Sequence record: PP712906.1
Length of the DNA: 64,000 nt
Direction: 5' to 3' (one strand)
Part shown: piece by piece, positions 48,843 to 57,394 of the stretch
Position numbering within the stretch: the stretch's first letter is position 1
Layout of the letters: every line of letters starts with the position of its first letter
Notes under the pieces: generated by a model
Database searches by the model: none
Seen by the model: the letters and a program-made list of their open reading frames with translations, nothing else
Told to the model about the DNA's origin: nothing
Made by a program: the position numbers and the translations under genes

Positions 48843-49759
48843 AGTTTAGTGAATATCAAAGAATAAACGAATCTCTAGATCGCCCTGGCAATTATAAACT
48901 GGTTAGAGAACTCCCGAACTTAAACGTGTATGCGTTTCAAGTTGATGGTGTTTATTATGAAATAGACATTCAGAAATCAAACATACGAGAGCCTAATGGG
49001 ATGCAGTCAATGAAAGCTGAAGTCTCATTCAAAGCACTCGACGGTAGTGGTTATCAACTAACCAAAAAAGACGATAAAACGGCACGAATTGTACTATCAA
49101 CCGTAGTTGATGCTATCTTCAGCTTCGTACGCGAATACAATCCCGCTCAAATATTATATTCCGCATTCAACGATGCTGATCCGTCAGATGCTGCTAAACG
49201 ACTTCGTTTATATCAGATCATGACTAAAGCAAAACTGCGTGAATTCCCCGAATATGATTTCCGAAACGTTGGGCGAGATTTCATCGTCTACGATGTCAAT
49301 TACCAACAACGAGTCGAGGAATTTTCAAGAAGAGCACGTCGACCAGTGGGGTATGAAGAAAGATCAGACCACGTTGAAGTGAATTTATCACACGCCAACG
49401 CTTTTGCGTTTATACGGGCGTTTGGGGTAAATGATGGCGACTCAAAGAGCGGCGTACTAGGTAAAGGTCGAGCTTTCGTAGGCGCAACAAACGAAATTAA
49501 AGCACGTCTAAGAGTAGATCGTGTGGTGTATGAAATGTCTGATAGAGAAGGATGGCTTGCGGCTCTTCAGCACCCTATTTTTGACTATGGCGAGGGTCCT
49601 GAAGTTGATCGAACATATCTAGTCGGGGCATTTAAAAACTTCTATATCGTGTTGACTAGTCAAACAAGTCTAAAAATATACACCGATGATGCTGCGTTTA
49701 CAAAATATGTGAATGCTTTCGACGCGCCATGGTTAAACCCAGAAATAATGGAATCTTAA
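48839..49759 (+). CDS. candidate internal head protein, paralog family member C
   Basis: MKFSEYQRINE|SLDRP leader; ILYSAFNDADPSDAAKRLRLY core. Confidence 0.78.
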   Translation: MKFSEYQRINESLDRPGNYKLVRELPNLNVYAFQVDGVYYEIDIQKSNIREPNGMQSMKAEVSFKALDGSGYQLTKKDDKTARIVLSTVVDAIFSFVREYNPAQILYSAFNDADPSDAAKRLRLYQIMTKAKLREFPEYDFRNVGRDFIVYDVNYQQRVEEFSRRARRPVGYEERSDHVEVNLSHANAFAFIRAFGVNDGDSKSGVLGKGRAFVGATNEIKARLRVDRVVYEMSDREGWLAALQHPIFDYGEGPEVDRTYLVGAFKNFYIVLTSQTSLKIYTDDAAFTKYVNAFDAPWLNPEIMES

Positions 49760-49761
49760 AA

Positions 49762-50613
49762 ATGAAATTTAGCGAATATCAAAACGAGCTAACGGAAGCA
49801 TTTGATCGACCTGCACAGATCACAGCACGTCGTGGCAATCAGAGTTTTTTCATGATTGGTGACACTGAGTACATGGTCGGGTTGTATTACGACGACTCGA
49901 AAAAATCACTCGGAGTTGACTTCATGCATAAACCGGGCGATTCAGCAACGTACTACTACAGCTTAGCCAAAGGCAACTCAAAAGACGCAATGACTGTTTT
50001 TGCCACAGTGATTGCAGAAATCAAGCGGCTTATGAAAGACAACCCGGTAAATAAAATCAGCTTTAGCGCGTTTCAAGACTCTGATAGCTCAGATGCTAAA
50101 AAGCGTTTCCGTTTGTACAAGCGTATGGCAGAACGTTTCAGCAAAGAGCTTGGGTTCAGAATGACCACGTATGGCGATTCTTTCACCATGACACGTATAA
50201 ATCCTGTTGCAGTCAATGTAGAAGAGCCAACTGGTTATGATACAGCGTGGGGTACTGAAATGCTCGATCTGTATGAAGTCAACGACGCTGCAATTGCCAA
50301 AGTCACAGAAGGTGATGGTGAATGGCGTTTGAATAACTGGAACAAGCTGATTGTTCGCAACGGTAAAGTAACACTAACATCGGGTCCAATTCGAATGTCA
50401 GACGCTTGGTACGATGCGTTTTACGACTTAGAATGGTATCACGATGAAGAAGGCGAACAATGGTTCGATGATGAACAGAAGATCGCGATCATCAATGGTA
50501 AAGTTTGGGTCATCCACGACATGGAAATTACTATTTGGCCAAGTATTGAGAAATTAGAATTGCAAAGTGACTCGGAATTATCAAGCGGGACACGTCAATT
50601 GCTCGGATATTAA
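49762..50613 (+). CDS. candidate internal head protein, paralog family member D
   Basis: MKFSEYQNELTE|AFDRP leader; core closely matches the ORF at 13301. Confidence 0.78.
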   Translation: MKFSEYQNELTEAFDRPAQITARRGNQSFFMIGDTEYMVGLYYDDSKKSLGVDFMHKPGDSATYYYSLAKGNSKDAMTVFATVIAEIKRLMKDNPVNKISFSAFQDSDSSDAKKRFRLYKRMAERFSKELGFRMTTYGDSFTMTRINPVAVNVEEPTGYDTAWGTEMLDLYEVNDAAIAKVTEGDGEWRLNNWNKLIVRNGKVTLTSGPIRMSDAWYDAFYDLEWYHDEEGEQWFDDEQKIAIINGKVWVIHDMEITIWPSIEKLELQSDSELSSGTRQLLGY

Positions 50614-50617
50614 TCAG

Positions 50618-50642
50618 AAAGGTAGCTTCGGCTACCTTTTTT
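50618..50642 (+). terminator. rho-independent terminator
   Basis: AAAGGTAGC-TTCG-GCTACCTTTTTT (UUCG tetraloop). Confidence 0.9.
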
Positions 50643-50654
50643 CGTTTTCAGAGC

Positions 50655-50725
50655 AAAAAACGGTTGCACGAAATGCTTGAAACGCCTATTATAGCTTCAT
50701 CGAAACGAAAGAGGAAAACGAAATG
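50655..50725 (+). promoter_or_regulatory. early promoter cassette
   Basis: TTGCAC 50664-50669, 17 bp spacer, TATTAT 50687-50692, CATCGAAACGA 50698-50708. Confidence 0.8.
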
Positions 50726-51022
50726 GATGTAACATCAAAACTTGAATTGTCGATGAAAGAGTTCGTTGACGTTCCATACAACGAGTTCAAAACTCATTCT
50801 ATTGTTGGTCAAGCAAGTGAGCACATCAACTCGTATTACAACAATCCGGGTGAAATCGTGACTTCAAACGTCATGTACGTTGAAATCAACGGTGGTATTG
50901 TGTATGCTGTAACGCACTCTAAGAGTCGCTACCAGCTAACCAATGTGTCTCATGATGAGATTGCGCAAATGGTTAAAGCCGCAAGCGAACGCGGGATTAA
51001 TATTCCGCTTTACAAAAACTAG
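50723..51022 (+). CDS. hypothetical early protein
   Basis: Behind the promoter cassette. Confidence 0.7.
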   Translation: MDVTSKLELSMKEFVDVPYNEFKTHSIVGQASEHINSYYNNPGEIVTSNVMYVEINGGIVYAVTHSKSRYQLTNVSHDEIAQMVKAASERGINIPLYKN

Positions 51023-51082
51023 AAAAATTGCTTTAATACAAACTGATTCACTACTTTTGATTACTTTTAAGAGAAATATATT

Positions 51083-51397
51083 ATGACTACTATCGTAAAC
51101 TTCACTGCTGCAATCGAACTAACTACCAAAGCTCTTGTTGAAACTAACCGTATCGAGGGTCGTTTCTACAACTCACGTATCGGTCACGAGCAAGGTGAGC
51201 AAGCGAAAACTGACGCAGTTCGAGCGTTCAAAGTAATCGACAACAAAGTATATGCTGAAACTCGCAACTGCGTGTTCCATCTTCGCAATCTGTCTGCTCT
51301 TGCACTAGCTGACTTCAACACTATCAACGCACCAGTGTACATGAAGAAAGCTGATGCTGAGTTCGACGAAATGGTTAAAGCAGCCCTGTTCTCGTAA
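51083..51397 (+). CDS. hypothetical protein
   Basis: AAGAGA SD; codon usage looks like highly expressed genes. Confidence 0.75.
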   Translation: MTTIVNFTAAIELTTKALVETNRIEGRFYNSRIGHEQGEQAKTDAVRAFKVIDNKVYAETRNCVFHLRNLSALALADFNTINAPVYMKKADAEFDEMVKAALFS

Positions 51398-51849
51398 TGT
51401 ACCCGAAGAATAAAAGCTATTATGACTTGATGTATCTTGACATCGCCAAGTCATTTGCTAAAAAAAGCACCTGCAAGCAGAAGCAAGTAGGTGCTGTCAT
51501 CGTCAAGAATGATCGCATTATCTCACACGGTTACAATGGTACGCCGTCAGGTATGCTTCACTGTAAAGATACCGCTGACTTCGGTGATCTAACCCACCGT
51601 CAATGGTCAGAAATTCACGAGATTCATGCTGAACAAAACGCGATTTGCTACGCTGCACGTGCTGGCATATCTACTGAAGGCGCGACTATGTACGTCACAG
51701 CGTCGCCGTGTCATAACTGTGCCAAGCTGATAGTCGCGGCTGGCATCAAAATTCTCATTGTAGGTTCGATTTACAGCGGTTCGCAACCCGATTGGTGGCA
51801 CTGGCTACGTGATCGCGGTGTGAAAGTTATTATGTTCGAAGACGAATAA
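51397..51849 (+). CDS. cd: dCMP deaminase
   Basis: QVGAVIVK, GYNGTP, HAEQNAI, SPCHNC. Confidence 0.95.
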   Translation: MYPKNKSYYDLMYLDIAKSFAKKSTCKQKQVGAVIVKNDRIISHGYNGTPSGMLHCKDTADFGDLTHRQWSEIHEIHAEQNAICYAARAGISTEGATMYVTASPCHNCAKLIVAAGIKILIVGSIYSGSQPDWWHWLRDRGVKVIMFEDE

Positions 51850-51903
51850 TGTTTAATATAAGTAATTCGGACTTATAATAGAGCTTTAACAAGAGAGAAA
51901 CAT

Positions 51904-52830
51904 ATGAAAAGTACAATGTTTTTGAACAACATCACATGCATCGACCATGCATGGGTTGATGATATGGGTGAAATGAATGGTAATAGCTACAATCTATGTG
52001 TAGAAATTACCGGTGAAGTTGACGAAACTGAACAAGTCGTTATTGATTTCAGTGGTTGTAAGAAAGCAATCAAACATCTTGTGGATGATTCGGAATTCGC
52101 CATTGATCATCGTCTAGTCGTCGTTGACGGGTTTAGTGATGCAGTTCTTTCTCAAGTCGAAGATCGACTACGCATTCAAATCGACACGCCGGTCTTCCAT
52201 GCAGTGTCTACGGTTGACGACTGGTATCAAGTCATCAAGCCGAGCGAATTGATCGAAGCCGACTTTAAAATCCCTAGCGATTCTCTGTACATGTCGTATG
52301 TTACTGAGTATCTTGAAAATATGCTACTCGAACAGCTACGTAAACAAGGCTATCCTGTTACACACGTCGCTGTAGAGCTTTCAGAGTCGTTTGACTTACC
52401 ATCATGGGCAAACAGTCACGTTGAATTCAATTACGCTCACGGACTGCGTTCAAGCACATCATACGGATGTCAGAACATTGCACACGGTCACCGTTCATTC
52501 ATTGCAGTAGATAAGCACTTGAATAGTAACGGTCGCAAGGTACTGAAGCGCATTGCTAAAGAAATGAGCGGTTATATTGCTTGGTCAGAAAACATTCGCA
52601 AAGAAGATGAAGTGTCTTACACTTCAAATCGCGGCAACTTCTACTTGAGACACAGCAATATCAAAGTAATCCCGACTGAAACTACAGTCGAAAATCTAGC
52701 TAATTACATTGCAACTACATACGAAGAAGAGTTCCAACGAATGGGCGTTCAGCGTGTGTGGGTATCTGAGGGTCTATCAAAAGGCTCGGTTGTAGACATC
52801 AAAATCAACAAAGAATTGCTCTATAAGTAA
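51904..52830 (+). CDS. queD: double-domain QueD-like 6-carboxytetrahydropterin synthase
   Basis: Two T-fold halves: IDFSGCK/IDHRL and AHG..CQNIAHGHRSF..TTVENLA..WVSEG. Confidence 0.82.
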   Translation: MKSTMFLNNITCIDHAWVDDMGEMNGNSYNLCVEITGEVDETEQVVIDFSGCKKAIKHLVDDSEFAIDHRLVVVDGFSDAVLSQVEDRLRIQIDTPVFHAVSTVDDWYQVIKPSELIEADFKIPSDSLYMSYVTEYLENMLLEQLRKQGYPVTHVAVELSESFDLPSWANSHVEFNYAHGLRSSTSYGCQNIAHGHRSFIAVDKHLNSNGRKVLKRIAKEMSGYIAWSENIRKEDEVSYTSNRGNFYLRHSNIKVIPTETTVENLANYIATTYEEEFQRMGVQRVWVSEGLSKGSVVDIKINKELLYK

Positions 52831-52898
52831 TCAACAAATTAATGTTTAGTAGCACGTCTCGGCGTGCTATTATTGTTTTCTATCAATGAGGAAATAGA

Positions 52899-53573
52899 AT
52901 GTTAGACAAAAATAAAGTAGATCCAGTACTTGGACAAAAAGTTGAAGCGCATCTTCGTAAAATCGGGATGCACACGCCGACTGTTGAAAACGGTCTAACT
53001 GATGATGAAAAGAAAGCTATTCTTGAAGATCGTTTCACTGACATCATGCAAGCTCTTGGTCTTGACTTATCAGACGATTCATTAGTTGATACTCCGAAGC
53101 GTTGGGCTAAGATGATGGTTAACGAGCTTATGAGCGGTCTGTCGCCAGATATGTTCCCGAAATGTACGGCTGTAGACAACAAAATGAACTACGATCAGAT
53201 GGTTTGTGAAAAAGGTATTACTGTTCTTTCACAATGTGAACATCACATCGTAACAATCGACGGCTTTGCCACAGTTGCATACATCCCGAAGAAAAAAGTT
53301 CTTGGTCTGTCAAAAATGAATCGCATCGTTGAGTACTTCGCTCGACGCCCGCAGATTCAAGAGCGTCTGACTGTTCAAATCGCTGAAGCACTGAAATTCA
53401 TTCTTGAAACTGACGACGTAGCGGTGATGTTAGACTGCAAACACTATTGCGTCAAAGCACGCGGTGTTGAAGATAACAATTCAAGTACTGTTACAAGTCA
53501 TCTTTCAGGTGCATTTAGAAATGAACCAGAAGCACGAGCGGAATTTATGTCTCTTGCTCGTTCACAGGCGTAA
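52899..53573 (+). CDS. folE: GTP cyclohydrolase I
   Basis: DTPKRWAKM, SQCEHH, GLSKMNRIV..FARRPQIQERLT, HYCVKARGV. Confidence 0.97.
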   Translation: MLDKNKVDPVLGQKVEAHLRKIGMHTPTVENGLTDDEKKAILEDRFTDIMQALGLDLSDDSLVDTPKRWAKMMVNELMSGLSPDMFPKCTAVDNKMNYDQMVCEKGITVLSQCEHHIVTIDGFATVAYIPKKKVLGLSKMNRIVEYFARRPQIQERLTVQIAEALKFILETDDVAVMLDCKHYCVKARGVEDNNSSTVTSHLSGAFRNEPEARAEFMSLARSQA

Positions 53574-54246
53574 CGTACCAATCTTTGAACTTAGCCGATG
53601 TGTATTTTACGCATCGGTTATACACAGTCACATTAGTGGTATCATTAGCTTCGGCTGCTAATCGAGACGACTCAAACACCCCGTTTGGTGTGTGGAATAG
53701 ATACTTCGATTGTGGGTTTTGACTCCCGACTTTAGACTTAGCGAGCTTTCGCTTATGTTCTTCAGTTTTTGTCGTGCCCTTCAGAACACCTTTACTCTTC
53801 GCAACATATTCACCGCGAAGGTATCGTTCGTCGTCAACTCGAATGTATTCAGTTTCACCAGTAGCAATGCATATCGCAGCAAACTTACCTATATGATGCT
53901 TTGCAGCATCTTTTCTGGCATCTTTTGTCATCGACTCAAACAACCTAGAGTTCATCTTGAACTCGCGTTGCTGTGAGTTGTTCGACATATTAAATGCTGT
54001 TAGTGCAAACTTCAGCCGATGTTTCAAGTTACCATTGAACATCTTAGCCAATAGCAAATGAGCTATATAATGCTCACGTGCTGTCAATCGCACTAGGTTA
54101 TTTGATTCATCACTACCACCCGCACATTTAGGTAAAATGTGATGTTTTTCGCTATAACCGTCTGGTGTGTTTTGAATTCGATTCTCGATTAGAGAAATGT
54201 ACCATTTTGTGTATTTGTTTAGTATAAGATTGTCGTGTGTTAACAT
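53545..54246 (-). mobile_element. free-standing HNH homing endonuclease (Mob-like)
   Basis: EKHHILPKCAGGSDESNNLVRLTAREHYIAH; NUMOD3-like segment; TATAAATA on the minus strand at 54280-54287. Confidence 0.9.
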
Positions 54247-54307
54247 TGTACTCTCTTTAAATAAGCATTACTGTGTTAATATTTATAATTTTAAGACGAG
54301 GTTCACA

Positions 54308-55684
54308 TTGATCATTGAATACGTTATGTCTGCGACGGGTCATGCCCGTCTCGGTGCAGCACATAAGCTAATGGACGTAGTTGACACGTCCTATTTGCGC
54401 GATATTCTAAATGCAGCGCAAGATCTCGACGGTGTTCACAAAATCAGTATGCTGTACAACGCATATACTGAAAAGAAAGTCGGTCATCAAATCAATGACT
54501 TGTTTGGCGATTCTGTCTACAAGGTACACGTCGATTCGGGTGGTCTACAGATAGTCAACTTGGGTTTAGAGAATACGCCAGAACTTCGTAAAGCAGTTTA
54601 CGAGAATCAAGCAGAATCTGGCGATATTGGCATGTGTTTTGACGAAATCCCGTTGCACAACGAAGCAAAGGGTGGTGGCGCTGCTCGTATCAACACGAAA
54701 GACAAGGTCTTCATGTATGATCTAGCGTACAAGTACGGCGTCAAAACAGGTAAGAACATTCGCGCACAAATCGAAACTTATATCGAGAAGGGTAGCAAAT
54801 GCAAACCGTATATCATCTTACAAGGCAACTCAGACGACGACTTTAAAGCATTCAGTGACGGGATTATGTCTCAACTCGAAGGCGTTGAAGATCACATTGC
54901 TGGTTGTGCTGCTGCCGATACATGCATTGGTAATGGCGTGCGTGAGTCTATCGACATGATGAGCGTCATTCCGAAACTCAACATCCCAGAGAAAGCAAAG
55001 AAATCAGTGCATATGCTGGGAGTTGGCTCAGTTAAACGTCTATTGCCTGCTGTAGCACTTATCAGAAGTGGTTATTTTGGCGATGACTTTCATATCAGCT
55101 ATGACTCATCAACGCATACTGGATGTCTGACTAACCGAGAATACACTGATAAGCTTGGTCGTCGTCGTAAGATCTCGGGTCACGGCATCATGAAAGATGG
55201 TAAGAAATTGCCTTCTCGTGAGCTTGATGAAATGCTAGATGAAGTGTGGGGTCGATTCGGTCATGCTCTACCGCGTAGCAAAGAAGAGTTCAAGGAATTC
55301 GCGACACGTCTGTGGTTGAAAGAACTCGACAAAGAAACAATGACTGACGAAGATATTGTGTTTGAAGTTGCTTGCAACTTGTGTATAATCTTATCACAAG
55401 TCAACAACTTTCAAGCGATTATCTCTGAAACGTTTGACTTGAATACGCCAAAAGCTGCTGATTTGTCAGCGTTCTTCGGTGGTTCTATTGAGAAAAAAGA
55501 GCCGCAAGAGGGATTCAAGAAGTGGTCAGCGATTCGTCGTCTTGATGTTCTTGATAAACTACTTGACGTTAAAACTATCGAAGCATATGATCGCTGGCAC
55601 AGTAGCTATGTTGATAGACTACCGTCAATGCGCATTCGTCGCGGCACAACTGCTGAATTCCCAGCTTTCAAAGAACAAGAATAG
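54308..55684 (+). CDS. dpdA: DpdA/TGT-like 7-deazaguanine DNA transglycosylase
   Basis: HVDSGGLQ, MCFDEIP, ILQGN, HMLGVG, SYDSST; TTG start after GAGG; deazaguanine-cluster context. Confidence 0.82.
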   Translation: MIIEYVMSATGHARLGAAHKLMDVVDTSYLRDILNAAQDLDGVHKISMLYNAYTEKKVGHQINDLFGDSVYKVHVDSGGLQIVNLGLENTPELRKAVYENQAESGDIGMCFDEIPLHNEAKGGGAARINTKDKVFMYDLAYKYGVKTGKNIRAQIETYIEKGSKCKPYIILQGNSDDDFKAFSDGIMSQLEGVEDHIAGCAAADTCIGNGVRESIDMMSVIPKLNIPEKAKKSVHMLGVGSVKRLLPAVALIRSGYFGDDFHISYDSSTHTGCLTNREYTDKLGRRRKISGHGIMKDGKKLPSRELDEMLDEVWGRFGHALPRSKEEFKEFATRLWLKELDKETMTDEDIVFEVACNLCIILSQVNNFQAIISETFDLNTPKAADLSAFFGGSIEKKEPQEGFKKWSAIRRLDVLDKLLDVKTIEAYDRWHSSYVDRLPSMRIRRGTTAEFPAFKEQE

Positions 55685-55702
55685 CGCCTTCGGGCGCTCT
55701 TT
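55683..55702 (+). terminator. hairpin / weak terminator
   Basis: AGCGCC-TTCG-GGCGCT CTTT. Confidence 0.6.
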
Positions 55703-55713
55703 ATGAGGTAAAC

Positions 55714-56622
55714 ATGAGCAATTATGATCAAGTTTCAGCTATTGCTGCTGAACATTTAGGTAAAAAAGCTGGCGATTACAGCGATTTCGTTGACATCGTA
55801 GAAGTTCGCCCTGATTTACTCGTGCCAATCCCGCGTGAACTGAATCGAACTGACTACGGTATCACAAATGAAGACTTTGCAGGGTTTGATACGTGGCATG
55901 GCTTCGAAGTTTCTGCACTGACTGAACAAGGTCTGCCTGTATCAGGCATGGCTAAAGTAGTGTATCCGAGTGATTCACCGAACATCGTTGAAAGTAAATC
56001 AATGAAACTGTACTGGAACAGCTTCAACATGGCTAAAGTCGCTGCGACCCGTGCTGAAGTGAAAGGTGCAATTGAAGCAATCGCGTCGCGTGATCTATCT
56101 GAAGTCATCGGTGCGCCTGTTCAAGTGAGTTTCTTCACTGAAAAGCTAACCCAACCTCATGGTATGACTGGCTTTGCTGAACTCGACAAATATGTTTCTG
56201 AATCGACCGTGTTTGACTCTGAGAGTGGTGCTGACACCGAGCTATTGCAAGAGTCGCACATCAAGAAACTGAAAGTGTTCACGCCTAATCTGCGTTCAAA
56301 CTGTCGCGTTACACATCAACCCGACTTCGGTGATTTGTACGTATACATGAGCGGCGAAAAGACTCCGACTGTTGATAGTCTGATGCAATACATCGTTTCT
56401 TTCCGCAAAGAGAATCATTTCCATGAAGAATGCGTTGAAATGATTTACAAAGCGTTGCTTGACAAGTTCGACCCGACTGAACTGATGGTCACAGCGTTAT
56501 ACACACGTCGCGGTGGATGGAATATCTGTCCAGCACGAGCGACACACGAAGAGCTATTGCCAGAAGCACTTGGTAGTAAATCTGTCTCGCACACTAACGG
56601 AAGTTGTTTATTCCGTCAGTAA
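55714..56622 (+). CDS. queF: NADPH-dependent preQ0 reductase (bimodular QueF)
   Basis: QueF motif ESKSMKLY, catalytic SNCRVT..QPDFG, FHEECVE, YTRRGG. Confidence 0.94.
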   Translation: MSNYDQVSAIAAEHLGKKAGDYSDFVDIVEVRPDLLVPIPRELNRTDYGITNEDFAGFDTWHGFEVSALTEQGLPVSGMAKVVYPSDSPNIVESKSMKLYWNSFNMAKVAATRAEVKGAIEAIASRDLSEVIGAPVQVSFFTEKLTQPHGMTGFAELDKYVSESTVFDSESGADTELLQESHIKKLKVFTPNLRSNCRVTHQPDFGDLYVYMSGEKTPTVDSLMQYIVSFRKENHFHEECVEMIYKALLDKFDPTELMVTALYTRRGGWNICPARATHEELLPEALGSKSVSHTNGSCLFRQ

Positions 56623-56677
56623 TAAGAGCTATGATGAGTGTTCAATTGTGAGCACTCATATACTTGAGAGGTTAAAA

Positions 56678-57394
56678 ATGAAAGTAGTATCTGTTCTAAG
56701 CGGTGGCTTGGACTCAACAATCCTTACGTACAAACTAGTTGACGAATTCGGCAAAGACAATGTGTTTGCATTATCGTTCTACTACGGTCAAAAACAGTCG
56801 ATTGAGCTAGAAAAAGCTAAATTGACTTGTCAAAAGCTCGGCATCGAGCATCGTCTAATTGACATTTCATTCTTAGGTGAAGTCGTCGCGCCAGTCTGTG
56901 CGAATATCGCTGGTTCAGATGTTGCTATGCCAACTATTCAAGATGTTCTCGGTGACCCTCAGCCACCAACTGAAGTTCCATATCGTAACATGCTATTGAA
57001 CACAATCGCGTTCTCATTCGCGCAAGCAAATGATTGTTCAGCGGTGTTTACTGGCATTCAAGTGCATGACGCATATGGTTATTGGGACTGCACGCAAGAT
57101 TTTCTTGACGGCATGAACAAAATTTCAGCACTGAATCGTCAGCACGAAATTTTGTTACTTGCGCCATTCGCTCAAATGTCAAAAGCAGATGAAATAGAAA
57201 TCGGCGTTCAGCTTGGTGTGCCGTTCGAGGATAGTCTGACTTGTTACGACCCGAACGAAGCTGGCGAAAGCTGTGGTAAATGTCCGTCTTGTGCTGAACG
57301 CATCATGAACTTCGGCAAAGCTGGTATCGTCGATCCTGCGCCTTACTCAATTGACATCCCGTGGGAGCAAGTATTTGCTAAGGCAGGTCATTAA
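56678..57394 (+). CDS. queC: 7-cyano-7-deazaguanine synthase
   Basis: SGGLDS, YGQK, VPYRN, YWDC, C..CGKCPSC zinc site. Confidence 0.96.
   Translation: MKVVSVLSGGLDSTILTYKLVDEFGKDNVFALSFYYGQKQSIELEKAKLTCQKLGIEHRLIDISFLGEVVAPVCANIAGSDVAMPTIQDVLGDPQPPTEVPYRNMLLNTIAFSFAQANDCSAVFTGIQVHDAYGYWDCTQDFLDGMNKISALNRQHEILLLAPFAQMSKADEIEIGVQLGVPFEDSLTCYDPNEAGESCGKCPSCAERIMNFGKAGIVDPAPYSIDIPWEQVFAKAGH

Noticed and set aside
51027-51060. TTGCTTTA as a T4 MotA box
   Set aside because: Spacing to any -10 does not fit the T4 middle-promoter geometry, and no motA is visible.
54197-54307. Long N-terminal extension of the DpdA ORF in the ORF track
   Set aside because: It overlaps the divergent HNH gene and its promoter; the TTG at 54308 with a GAGG SD is the better start.
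56644-56653. AATTGTGAGC, a 10-nt match to the lac operator half-site
   Set aside because: Short, part of a hairpin loop and arm, no second half-site; chance match.
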